DNA of 61,627 nucleotides from positions 1 through 61,627 of IMG/VR virus record IMGVR_UViG_3300037963_004084. One strand, 5' to 3'. Both the position numbers and the translations under genes were made by a program. Below, piece after piece: positions 37,634 to 46,446 of the stretch; positions within the stretch are counted from its first letter, which is position 1; each line of letters starts with the position of its first letter. Source of the stretch: a virus. Lineage: Duplodnaviria; Caudoviricetes. The notes beneath the pieces are model-generated. The model did no database searches. It was not told the DNA's origin and was given only the letters and a program-made list of their open reading frames with translations.

Positions 37634-37843
37634 TTAAGCAGTCCCTGAAGTCACATTAACAGCCGTGTCATTAACACTCTCCATCAGTTCTTTGACGGAA
37701 ATAGTCTTAACTTTCTGTTGGGACATATCGAAAACAAAAATCAAATCCTGCGAAGCAAGTGTGGTTGTAGTTCCAGCATTCGCTGAATCAAGTTCTTGCG
37801 AAAGGAGAGCTTCGAGAGTTGGGGCGTCATCAAGAGTAGGCAT
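37634..37843 (-). CDS. Small protein after the major capsid gene (decoration-like)
   Basis: MPTLDDAPTLEALL...; ATG at 37843 follows the hairpin at 37860-37894. Confidence 0.55.
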   Translation of the reverse strand: MPTLDDAPTLEALLSQELDSANAGTTTTLASQDLIFVFDMSQQKVKTISVKELMESVNDTAVNVTSGTA

Positions 37844-37907
37844 GATATAAAGTGGTTTAGCGCGGGGCGGCAGTATTAAGCTACCGCCCCGCACAAGTTA
37901 TGATACC

Positions 37908-39281
37908 TTACGCAGCAGGTGTGGTGCTGTCGCGCTTGAAGAGGATGACGTAACCGCAGTCAGTCTTGATAGGCTTGGAAGCACTAGCAAGAATTCCACG
38001 GAAGTATCCGAGCGTCCCGTCTGGATTGGATACGTTGTCCTTGTTGTTGGTCCACGAAAATTTTCCGCGATAATTAACAGGATCGAACGTAACTCCGCTT
38101 GCGCCAGTGAAGGGGTTAGGAATCTGAGACTCCATGACCTCTGGGTGGAGGACGTAGGCAGCTTCGTAACTAGCAGAGTCGTAAGACGCATTGATAGTAG
38201 TCAACTGACTGCCGGAAACAACGTACGGCATAACACGGGTAGCAAGACCTGAGTCTGCAATAGTGAACCGTGGGGCGAGGTCGTCGATCAAGTGGTAGAA
38301 ACCACGGAAGGACTTCTCAACTCCAAGAGGAGCGATCAGGTCAGACACACGGGCGTTGTTGTAACGCACATCGTCGCGGAATCCTGCTTCAGTCTGAAGC
38401 TGGTAGGATGCCTCGGAAGACATAACCGCAGCAAATACTGGCCGACCGTTCTCACGACCGTAAGCATTGTTACCAGCACCTTTGCGAACAAGATTGAAGT
38501 AAATCTTATCCATGATGGCGTTGGAGATGTTAGCCATTGACTCGCTGACGTTGGTGCTCTCGGAAGCGTTTGTCGTGTTCTCCACGTTCAAACCTGCGGT
38601 ACCGGAACCTGCGATGCTGATTCCCTCAAAACTATCGTTTTCGGTGGTGTTGCCCGTATCGGCATCGTCGACGGTATCCTTGATAGTAGTGCCGGTCGTT
38701 TCGCAAAGAACGAGGTTTCCAGCAAGCCGCTCGAACTCGTCACGATAACGGTTTTCCCAAGTGTAGCGGGTAGCCTCGGTCATGCGATCCATGATCGCCC
38801 GAAGCTGCTCGGTACGATGGGCAGCAAAACGGAGGTCTTCCGTTGACAGTTTTGGGGACTCAATGATGGTCCGCTGAATGCTGTACTGCTTGAGCTGCTT
38901 AGCAAATGCGACGTTAGCCCGCTCGTCGGTGGATGCGTGCGTGCCTTGAGCACCACCTACGTTCTCGGCGGAATCCTTGAGGCTCTGTCCGAGAGTGTTG
39001 GTGAATGCGTTGGCACCCAGTTCATTACCCATGTCGCTCCAAGTAACCCCCTCAGCATCGGCTGCGGTGTGGGGAATGGCGCGGTCATAGATAAGGGTAG
39101 TCTGTGTGTAACCCATACCGTCTGCAAAAGCGGTTTGCTTGATGAGGTCCATCCAAGGAGACGTATGGAGGGTGCGAGAGTAGATGTCCTGACCGATGCG
39201 ATTTGCCTCCTCGGTAAGAACCGTATTGATTAGGTCGGTGCCGTCAACGGTACCAGACGAAGTGTTGTTAATGAGAGCCAT
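37908..39281 (-). CDS. Major capsid protein (alternative start 39311)
   Basis: About 457 aa directly after the scaffold gene, with strong codon bias, a long 5' leader and a 3' GC hairpin. Confidence 0.8.
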   Translation of the reverse strand: MALINNTSSGTVDGTDLINTVLTEEANRIGQDIYSRTLHTSPWMDLIKQTAFADGMGYTQTTLIYDRAIPHTAADAEGVTWSDMGNELGANAFTNTLGQSLKDSAENVGGAQGTHASTDERANVAFAKQLKQYSIQRTIIESPKLSTEDLRFAAHRTEQLRAIMDRMTEATRYTWENRYRDEFERLAGNLVLCETTGTTIKDTVDDADTGNTTENDSFEGISIAGSGTAGLNVENTTNASESTNVSESMANISNAIMDKIYFNLVRKGAGNNAYGRENGRPVFAAVMSSEASYQLQTEAGFRDDVRYNNARVSDLIAPLGVEKSFRGFYHLIDDLAPRFTIADSGLATRVMPYVVSGSQLTTINASYDSASYEAAYVLHPEVMESQIPNPFTGASGVTFDPVNYRGKFSWTNNKDNVSNPDGTLGYFRGILASASKPIKTDCGYVILFKRDSTTPAA

Positions 39282-39344
39282 CGTAAAATGAGAGTTGTGC
39301 CCCCACGACATGTGGGTGCGGAATTAAAAAAGAGTTTCGGGCGA

Positions 39345-39460
39345 AGACCGGGTAGAACTATTTATGGCAGAGCAGCCGGGGCCTATCTATGTGGGTGAGA
39401 CAACGCTCGTTTAACCCCGCAGCTTGTAGAACTATTTATGGCTAGAGCAACCAGCTACGA
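39345..39460 (-). promoter_or_regulatory. Tandem repeated motif in the capsid 5' leader
   Basis: 17-bp GTAGAACTATTTATGGC at 39352-39368 and 39426-39442, each followed by (T)AGAGCA. Confidence 0.6.
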
Positions 39461-39507
39461 AGTGTGCCTATATAAACTTATAGGCGCACATATGTCAACA
39501 CCCAAGT

Positions 39508-40752
39508 TTAACCAGCGAACGCGGCGTTCACAGCTTCCTCAAAACTCATCTTCCTGTCCTTGTTCGCAGCAGCTCCTTGAGAGGTGAGACTTTCTCCGGT
39601 GGCTGTGGAGTTGGGTTCGGCTTGCTCATACTCGGCCAGACGATCAGTCACAGTGTCCAACTCCTTTCGTAAGGACGCATACTCTTTGACGACGGTGGGT
39701 AGAATCTGAGAAGCTATCGAGTTGTAGGCGTGGTCTACCGGGTGGAGGGTCGTGGGGTCGGACTCAGCCGCCTTCTCTTTTACGGGTTCCATGTCAAAAC
39801 CTTCGATCCCACTTAAGAATGGTAGTTTCTCACTCACCCGAGTGGCGACATCGGCTACCGCGTCTTGTCTTTCTTTGACTCGTTCAGCAATACTCTGGGC
39901 TTCCGCTTTTCTGTCTGCCTCTTGCGCTTCAGCTATTGCCTGTTCTACATTCTCGTACATGTCTTGGCGGGCCTGCATGATTGGCTCTGTAGCCTCAATA
40001 ACACGGAAAATACGTGATTTATCCCTGTCGGAAGCCAAGCTCAGTAGATCTTCTAGCACTTTATCCTGCTCCGTCTCGTCCTCCATCGCTACCGCGTCGA
40101 TGAGAGCTTCCGTGTCTATTCCGTATTTTTCAGCGATCTGCTCTGTTTGATCGAGCAAATCCTTGAGAGGTTCGGTAACGGCTTGTTTATAAGCTTCGGT
40201 CTCCTCAAGGTTATTAAATTTTTGTTCCTGCTCAAACTGCTCTAATTTTTCTTTTAGGGCTGCGGGGTCTTCTGCCTCGTTCATGGCAGTGAGTTCTTTG
40301 ATCTTAGACTCATACTCCTCAGTTTTTTGTCTGAGGGTTTCGATTTCGGATGTAGAACTCTTTAGCTCATCCTTGAGCTGTTTAAATCTTTTTGCCGCCT
40401 TGGGGGTCCAATCATCTCCCACATCTTCGGAGAGTTCGTCTAGGGGCGTTTTCGTGGTGTCGTCCTCTTTTTCTTCTACTTCCTCAGATTCTTCCGTCTC
40501 CTTGGTCTCTTCGGGCTGCTCTTCTGCCTCTTCTGCCTCTTCTGCCTCTTCTGCCTCTTCTGCCTTCTGCGCTGGGGGTTCTTCTTTCTCTTCTTTTTCT
40601 GGCTCCTCAATAGTCTCTGCGGCCTCCCCTACTTGGGCTAAGGCTTGTTCGAGCGCATCAGTGAAGCTGAGTTCTTGTGATGGTTCGGGTAGAGCCTCTA
40701 CTGTATCATTTACGGCTTCTGCTTCGGGGGCGGCTACGGCTTCTTCGCTCAT
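39508..40752 (-). CDS. Capsid scaffolding protein
   Basis: Very acidic coiled coil with EEA repeats, between portal and major capsid; MSEEAVAAPE start. Confidence 0.75.
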   Translation of the reverse strand: MSEEAVAAPEAEAVNDTVEALPEPSQELSFTDALEQALAQVGEAAETIEEPEKEEKEEPPAQKAEEAEEAEEAEEAEEQPEETKETEESEEVEEKEDDTTKTPLDELSEDVGDDWTPKAAKRFKQLKDELKSSTSEIETLRQKTEEYESKIKELTAMNEAEDPAALKEKLEQFEQEQKFNNLEETEAYKQAVTEPLKDLLDQTEQIAEKYGIDTEALIDAVAMEDETEQDKVLEDLLSLASDRDKSRIFRVIEATEPIMQARQDMYENVEQAIAEAQEADRKAEAQSIAERVKERQDAVADVATRVSEKLPFLSGIEGFDMEPVKEKAAESDPTTLHPVDHAYNSIASQILPTVVKEYASLRKELDTVTDRLAEYEQAEPNSTATGESLTSQGAAANKDRKMSFEEAVNAAFAG

Positions 40753-41045
40753 TTCTCGATGTGGGTCCACTCATCAGAGTGGGGGTTGGTAGACTTCGTT
40801 GTCTGTAGTTTTGATAACTTGTGTAAGTCATTGAAGGCGTCTCGATACCCGGCGTACCACGCGTGTCTCACACTATTACTATGCTCATCCTGCAAAGTAT
40901 TGAAAGAAGGTCCAGCTATTTCTTTGAGAACCGCCACTGCTTTTTGAAAGCTTGGAGACTTTAGTATTTCTCCCAGCTCGTCTACGGCTGCTTTGTCCCC
41001 ATACCAATGATCTAGGGGGATGGGGGGTATAATTTTTTTAGGCAT
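40749..41045 (-). CDS. Conserved small protein downstream of portal
   Basis: 98 aa, helical, overlapping its neighbours. Confidence 0.6.
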   Translation of the reverse strand: MPKKIIPPIPLDHWYGDKAAVDELGEILKSPSFQKAVAVLKEIAGPSFNTLQDEHSNSVRHAWYAGYRDAFNDLHKLSKLQTTKSTNPHSDEWTHIEK

Positions 41046-41373
41046 CTTTTGAGTTTTCCTCGCGCTCTTCTAGGAGCATCGCTTTCGCCAGAATTGCGTA
41101 GTTTATTATGTCGTGGCAGGCGTCTTCTACACTCTCATCGGGGACCTGTAACTCTTTATCATTAACAAATGATCGGATTCTCTGGATTTTATCCAGAACC
41201 CTCATAAGTAGTCCGTGTACAGGGTGTACTCCTATTACAACACTACTCTTAAAATTGGCGAAAGGATCGGTTGCTCCGCGCCCTCCCGTATAATCGGAAT
41301 TTTTTGTACGCATGATGTCCTTGCACATAGCGCAAGTGTCATCATGGAGCTTAAGAAGTTCTTCAGCGGTCAC
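41038..41373 (-). CDS. DUF1599 / nucleotide-modification-associated (MazG-like all-alpha) protein
   Basis: KNSDY...DPFANF...RVLDKIQRI...ESVEDACHDIINYAIL. Confidence 0.75.
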   Translation of the reverse strand: MTAEELLKLHDDTCAMCKDIMRTKNSDYTGGRGATDPFANFKSSVVIGVHPVHGLLMRVLDKIQRIRSFVNDKELQVPDESVEDACHDIINYAILAKAMLLEEREENSKDA

Positions 41374-43573
41374 TATTTTCGCGGAACTCTAGAGCGGCCT
41401 TTGCGTCCCGCAAAGCCATTTCTTGCTCATGTTTCCGCTGTTTGATGGCCATATCAAGCTCTGCTTTCTCTTGAGCGATCTGCATCTTAACTTGATGCTC
41501 CATCATTTTAGCATCTGGTTGTTCAGGCTGTCCCTCGGGGGCACCTTCCTGAGCTTGGTCTCTCTGAATCTTTTGTAGAGCCTTGGATGTATTGTTGATG
41601 GCTTCTTCTGCGAACTGAAGGATTTGTTTTGTCTGTCCGACGATTCCTTCGAGTGCGGGGTCTCCTGCGGCGAGTTGTACCGTCTGGCTGATATGCTCAT
41701 AGAAAGCTTGGAGAACCGGGAAGCTCTGCATGGGGTCGGCTTCCCCGACATTGATTTGCTCAATCAACTGCGACAAGACCGGGACATGAATTTCAAGGTG
41801 GGTACCGTGGAGCTCATTCCCAACGACAGGGACGGACTGACCCTCCATCAACTGCTGATTCTCAAAGTACGCAATCTTAAGATCAACGGTCGGACGCTTC
41901 TCGATATCTGCTGGAACATATCTGTCGGCAAGATCGTGGCCCACTCTGGTAGACACGATGTCGCGTGTCAGGTTTCGTCGGCCCACATCATCAAACTGCC
42001 CGCTGATTGCTTGGAGCTCGCGCAACGCCACCATGCGATTGGCATGGCTCCCGTTCCCGATAGACCGCACAGCTTTGGTTCTATCTACATCTAGAGTTTT
42101 AATAAACTCAGCGGGTACTCCTCTGTCTTCGCACCGTCGATAGAAGTCCATGACGGCGGGGTCTGGTTTTTTAGTGGTTACGACGCGCCGTACAATCTCC
42201 CGAAGGAGCCTGTTCCATGATGCGTAGAACAGGTTCAGGGACGCGCCGGATAGTCTGGTAGTGACATCCATGTCGGCCACCACCTGCATCTGGTTCCTGT
42301 ACGGTGAACTTTGATTCGGTCCATACGTGGATATGGTATCAGTGTTCAACGACAACTGTTGGGTGAGGTCCTGCAAAGCAGGCTGAACAGCAGTGCCAAG
42401 ATTCGGGATCGCTTTCTCAACGATATTTACATTCGGACTAAGTACGGCGTAAGCGCCATAGTAGGTGAATTGCAATTCGTCCAGAGACCTTTGAGTTTCG
42501 GGTTGGATCATCACCGCGGACGCGAGCATAGCTCCATCAATCTGCTGGCAACGCAGTCGGTTACTGGTCTGGACATGGGCGAAGATGCGTTGGCCTAGGC
42601 CACGAATCGAATGGTATGTACCGTTGCTGCCGACACCATAGGTGAACATCACGTAGGCTTGCTCGGCCTTTGCGTAACGAGAAACTTTCTTATATAGGAA
42701 ATCTTTAGGGCTGTTCTCTGCGGCGATGTAATGGCTGATGCTACAGTCCATCTCTTTGACCCAGAAATGCAGGACCCGCACCGAAGGGTTTTGGATACCG
42801 GTGTACAGGTCATTGTTCTTCATCTCGGCCTGCATCTGCTCGTAGTCATAGCTACCGTAGTCTCGACCGTTGGTGGTGGCGTTTTTGGCGATGACGCGCT
42901 TTACCTCTTCCACATTCCAACCCACAGCTTCTGCTGCCTCTGGGTTTTTGATATACGAATAAAGTTCGTGCAGAAGATAGTTCCGCCGCCCTACCGCAAT
43001 GTCCACGGCATCTTCGTTCGCTGAGGTTTGTCTCGGGATCAGAATATCCGTGAACCCGCCCACACGAAACTTCCAATCATCAGGGGAGTCAAAGTAAGCA
43101 ACCGCCACCCCATGTTTAATAAACATGGTGCACAGGCGTAGGTAGGCGCTGTGGAACTCAGGCCAGTTCCGCATGAGGTGGGTCAGTTCTTCCGCGACGA
43201 TTTCTTCCGCCGGTTTGATTTCGCTGGCTTCCCCCTGCGTACCTCGTACCTCGACAAATCTTTCCAGAGAAGAATAAAGGTCAACGTAAGCAGACAGAGC
43301 CACATCCAAGAGTCGTTGGGCATCGCCAAAATTTAGGTTTGTTTTGAGCTGCTGACCGCTCGCGGCAAGCCCCGCGCTACTGTATGGGGCCGCGCCATCA
43401 AACATGGCGTCCACCCTAGCTCGGTTTACCGCAGACCTCTCATCAGCTCTGAGCAAAGTATTGAAGATACCTACCGCGCTTTTGACATCCTTGAGTCTGC
43501 TAGCCACAGGTTTTCCCTCATCCGTAAGGGCACCCAAATCCAACCCATCAATGTCCAGCGGGTATTCGCTCAT
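41363..43573 (-). CDS. Portal protein
   Basis: 736 aa, first gene of the head operon, podoviral size, with a Gln-rich helical C-terminus. Confidence 0.8.
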   Translation of the reverse strand: MSEYPLDIDGLDLGALTDEGKPVASRLKDVKSAVGIFNTLLRADERSAVNRARVDAMFDGAAPYSSAGLAASGQQLKTNLNFGDAQRLLDVALSAYVDLYSSLERFVEVRGTQGEASEIKPAEEIVAEELTHLMRNWPEFHSAYLRLCTMFIKHGVAVAYFDSPDDWKFRVGGFTDILIPRQTSANEDAVDIAVGRRNYLLHELYSYIKNPEAAEAVGWNVEEVKRVIAKNATTNGRDYGSYDYEQMQAEMKNNDLYTGIQNPSVRVLHFWVKEMDCSISHYIAAENSPKDFLYKKVSRYAKAEQAYVMFTYGVGSNGTYHSIRGLGQRIFAHVQTSNRLRCQQIDGAMLASAVMIQPETQRSLDELQFTYYGAYAVLSPNVNIVEKAIPNLGTAVQPALQDLTQQLSLNTDTISTYGPNQSSPYRNQMQVVADMDVTTRLSGASLNLFYASWNRLLREIVRRVVTTKKPDPAVMDFYRRCEDRGVPAEFIKTLDVDRTKAVRSIGNGSHANRMVALRELQAISGQFDDVGRRNLTRDIVSTRVGHDLADRYVPADIEKRPTVDLKIAYFENQQLMEGQSVPVVGNELHGTHLEIHVPVLSQLIEQINVGEADPMQSFPVLQAFYEHISQTVQLAAGDPALEGIVGQTKQILQFAEEAINNTSKALQKIQRDQAQEGAPEGQPEQPDAKMMEHQVKMQIAQEKAELDMAIKQRKHEQEMALRDAKAALEFRENSDR

Positions 43574-43580
43574 TGTTTAA

Positions 43581-43609
43581 GTGATATCCTTTTGAAACTT
43601 AATAGTCAA
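43581..43609 (-). promoter_or_regulatory. Sigma70-like promoter for portal, leaderless geometry
   Basis: TTGACT-N17-TATCAC, ATG 7 nt downstream. Confidence 0.5.
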
Positions 43610-43660
43610 TTATGTAAATTTCACTGGACAGGGTAGGAGGGCGTTAATACAAGGGGGGCT

Positions 43661-43876
43661 ATGAAATGGAACCTCATTGCAGCAAGTGCATCATGCATCC
43701 TGTTTGGTGTATCATGCTCCACGGCTGATCTGGGTGGGCAAGTGCCCCTCCCATTTACGTCGCCATCAACGTCGGCAAAGCTGGACCTCGAACTCCGGCC
43801 TATGCCACCAAAATTCTGTATCGGGCTCGATCTGGTACCGACTGAGCCCGAAGCAGGGACTACAGCAGACAAGTAG
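43661..43876 (+). CDS. Small lipoprotein
   Basis: MKWNLIAASASCILFGVSC signal and lipobox; upstream TGGACA-N17-TACAAG. Confidence 0.6.
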   Translation: MKWNLIAASASCILFGVSCSTADLGGQVPLPFTSPSTSAKLDLELRPMPPKFCIGLDLVPTEPEAGTTADK

Positions 43877-43950
43877 GGACCGATTGTGTGGGGGTGGTCC
43901 CGACTTTAACCAACTGGCAGGCAGTCCAGTTACCCCCACACAGATGATTT

Positions 43951-44010
43951 ATGGCAAACAAACCAAAACCAAAGGGCACTAAGCCGAAGCCGAAGCCGAA
44001 GCCCTACTAA
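43951..44010 (+). CDS. 19-aa Lys-Pro micropeptide
   Basis: MANKPKPKGTKPKPKPKPY-stop, directly followed by a terminator. Confidence 0.45.
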   Translation: MANKPKPKGTKPKPKPKPY

Positions 44011-44015
44011 GATCA

Positions 44016-44050
44016 AGCCCGCCTTGGAGTAGCTGCCGAGGCGGGCTTTG
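44016..44050 (+). terminator. Intrinsic terminator-like hairpin
   Basis: AAGCCCGCCTTGG...CCGAGGCGGGCTTTG. Confidence 0.65.
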
Positions 44051-44216
44051 TGTCGATTTCATCGACATGTTCTGAAAACGTGTCGATTGCCGTGACTCAA
44101 GGATTTCACGGGGGTGGGTTGGGGGAACCTTTTACGGTTTATATAAACCGGAGAAGTGCCTGATTTTTGGGTGTACACCGGCTTACTACCGCAGGTTAAG
44201 GGGGATATACACAATC

Positions 44217-44663
44217 CTACCCCCACACACTCTTGAGGAGCTTGTCCACGGGTACCTGCTTCCTGATTCCTGATTCGTGTTTCAGGGATACGTATCGTGT
44301 ATTGCCGCGCATAAACTCTGAGACCATGGATACACGGCCCGCGGTGCGGCCTCGGGATTCGGGTTTCACGCAGTAAACACAGCCATAGGGGGTGATTGCG
44401 AACCGTGGAAACTCGGGGATCACCTGAGCCCCCTCGAAATCAAAGATATGGGACAAGGATAACTCCGGTGTGGGGGCATCTATGGAATCGTGGGCGAAGT
44501 GGACGCGCTTCCCATCGTCGTTAGTCAGGAGGGTCTTCCAGCGGTCGCCGTTCCACCATCGGCGAAGCCGCTTACAGGTCTTCGTGTTAAATACAAACCC
44601 CGAGGGCAGTAGCACATAATCGCGGGCGTTGGGGATCGGTTGGGTCTGTGGGAGCGTGTCCAT
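44217..44663 (-). CDS. Tandem NUMOD4-like DNA-binding protein without HNH domain
   Basis: Two units: IPNARDYVLLPSGFVFNTKT and IPEFPRFAITPYGCVYC...RYVSL..SGIRKQVPVDKLL. Confidence 0.55.
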   Translation of the reverse strand: MDTLPQTQPIPNARDYVLLPSGFVFNTKTCKRLRRWWNGDRWKTLLTNDDGKRVHFAHDSIDAPTPELSLSHIFDFEGAQVIPEFPRFAITPYGCVYCVKPESRGRTAGRVSMVSEFMRGNTRYVSLKHESGIRKQVPVDKLLKSVWG

Positions 44664-44678
44664 TCAAATGTTTTCGTT

Positions 44679-44774
44679 ACCCCCTATATAAAAAGTTTCT
44701 TCTAGATTTAGTCAAACTTAATTTCTAGAAATTTTGTTGGAGTCCCTCTAGAAGAGACTTTATAGGTGGGGGGT
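44679..44774. repeat. AT-rich imperfect inverted repeat with a central palindrome
   Basis: AAGTTTCTTCTAGA ... AATTTCTAGAAATT ... TCTAGAAGAGACTT. Confidence 0.7.
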
Positions 44775-45062
44775 CTACTCTGAAATAAAGTTTGACCCCT
44801 CCCTCTTCTCCGCTTTCGCCTTACGAAGCTCTTTGAGCCGTGCACGGTTTTTTAAATAATATGCGCGGTTGTATGCACGCTTTTTTTCGGCCAGCTCGGG
44901 GTCTGCCAATAGGTCTAACGCCCTTTGTTTCAGTATCTTAGCCTTGTTCGCAGCGTAGTACTTCCGTTGGTAAGCCTTTCGTGCTTCGTGGTTCTTTAGA
45001 TAGTATTCGTGCTTCTTCTGGTCACGCATACTGCGTTTTATCGTGCATTTGGGGGTAGTCAA
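44775..45062 (-). CDS. Small basic helical protein (YY.KN repeats)
   Basis: EYYLKNHE, KYYAANKA, AYYLKNRA; start uncertain (ATG at 45029 possible). Confidence 0.6.
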   Translation of the reverse strand: MTTPKCTIKRSMRDQKKHEYYLKNHEARKAYQRKYYAANKAKILKQRALDLLADPELAEKKRAYNRAYYLKNRARLKELRKAKAEKREGSNFISE

Positions 45063-45194
45063 ATTTTTTCACACAACATACACACACAACACATAGTTGT
45101 GAAAAAAATGAGGCAGGGTGGGGGTGGCGTGGTTCGTGATTCATGGTGCAGGATTCGGGCGCGGGATTCGCGGATTTGGGTCTGGACCCATTGT

Positions 45195-45770
45195 GGGGTG
45201 ATAGGAGCTTCCCCGAGGTTCAAGTCCTCCCTCTCCCTAGCTGACCAGATGCTGTGTTCTGGTGATCCCCGCCCGGGATCTCAAAGTGCGGGTGTCGTCA
45301 ATAGACGGCTTGTCCATGCGACGAATAGCATGGGGGCTCTACCGGATGGAATCTGCCTGAGTCCTGAGCGCCTGCCATGTAGCGCAATACAAGTAGCATG
45401 TGCTAGCCTGAGAAGTAACAAGCCTTTGCGCTACCGTAGCGCAATAATGCTTCGTCGGATAGGCCGGGATTGACGAAGGTAGCAATACCCCTTGCAAATA
45501 GTGAGGTTCATTCTCAATGTGACTGGATGATTGGTAGACCATTCTCACGCCACCTTGTGGCGTGTATCGTGTGAGAGTAACCCGTGCTAGGACCACGGGG
45601 GAGGAGCAGGCGTGTGGGCTACCGTGGCCAACAGGGGCGCGATTAGATGCGCGTAAAGATTAGACCCCGACAAACCTTGAGTACAAGGTGACGCCCAATA
45701 GCTTATGATGAAATTGGGGTGTTCATATTTCACCACCGTGAATGACTCACGATGGTGATTCGTGAACATC
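45195..45770 (+). ncRNA. Candidate large structured RNA (~580 nt)
   Basis: No credible ORF; more than 12 consecutive hairpins with G-U pairs, GCAA/AGUA/AAUA loops and a T-loop-like GAGG-UUCAAGU-CCUC. Confidence 0.55.
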
Positions 45771-45798
45771 ACAATAACATCACAAATATCCAAGCAAT

Positions 45799-46242
45799 AT
45801 GACCGTCAAAGAACTGAAAGCCAAATTGACTGCCCTTGACCTGCCAACCAGCGGAAACAAGGAAGCGCTCAAAGCTAGGCTCGCCTCGGCGAACAAGCCT
45901 AAGCCTACCAAGAAGTCGAAGGGTGACCCCGCCGCCGCCGCCGCTGTGGCGAATGTCCGGCAAGGCGTGGAACTCCTTCACTCGGAGTTTGGGGAGGACG
46001 AACTGAAGGGGATTCTCCACTTCAAGCCCTTCTCCAATAACCCGAAGAGCTTCGTGCTGAGGCTTCCCAACATGAAGGAAGCCGCTGCCGCGTTGCCCTT
46101 CACAAACGAGGCGAAGGAGGCGATTGCCCTCCTCCGCAAGTTGCGCGGGTCCGTCGCAGCCGCATTCGGAGATGCGAACCAGTGCTGGGTCCTCCACGCT
46201 AGTGGGGGTGCCGCAGTCTTCTCGCAGCTCCATCTCAAGTAA
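45799..46242 (+). CDS. SAP-domain protein
   Basis: MTVKELKAKLTALDLPTSGNKEALKARL matches the SAP consensus; A-rich leader; UUCG hairpin after the stop. Confidence 0.8.
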   Translation: MTVKELKAKLTALDLPTSGNKEALKARLASANKPKPTKKSKGDPAAAAAVANVRQGVELLHSEFGEDELKGILHFKPFSNNPKSFVLRLPNMKEAAAALPFTNEAKEAIALLRKLRGSVAAAFGDANQCWVLHASGGAAVFSQLHLK

Positions 46243-46446
46243 CCCCCACATTCATCCCCGCTCTTCGGAGCGGCGGGTGACATGGTTCATGGAACCTGTG
46301 TCCATGAACCCTGTCACCTGATTCCTGATTCCCGATTCATCATACGTGATCCACGGAATCCGGTGAGGTATCACGCTCCCCGATACTCAGGTATTGAGTT
46401 ACCTAGACCAGTTAAGGCACTGGCTGTGAACACAGCTAGGGAGTTT

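Noticed and set aside
37898-38191. T7 10B-like frameshift extension of the capsid protein
   Set aside because: The alternative frame stops only 10 nt past the capsid stop, and I saw no clear slippery site.
45195-45240. tRNA or permuted tmRNA
   Set aside because: Only a 4-bp T-arm-like hairpin is present, with no cloverleaf, CCA end or tag reading frame.
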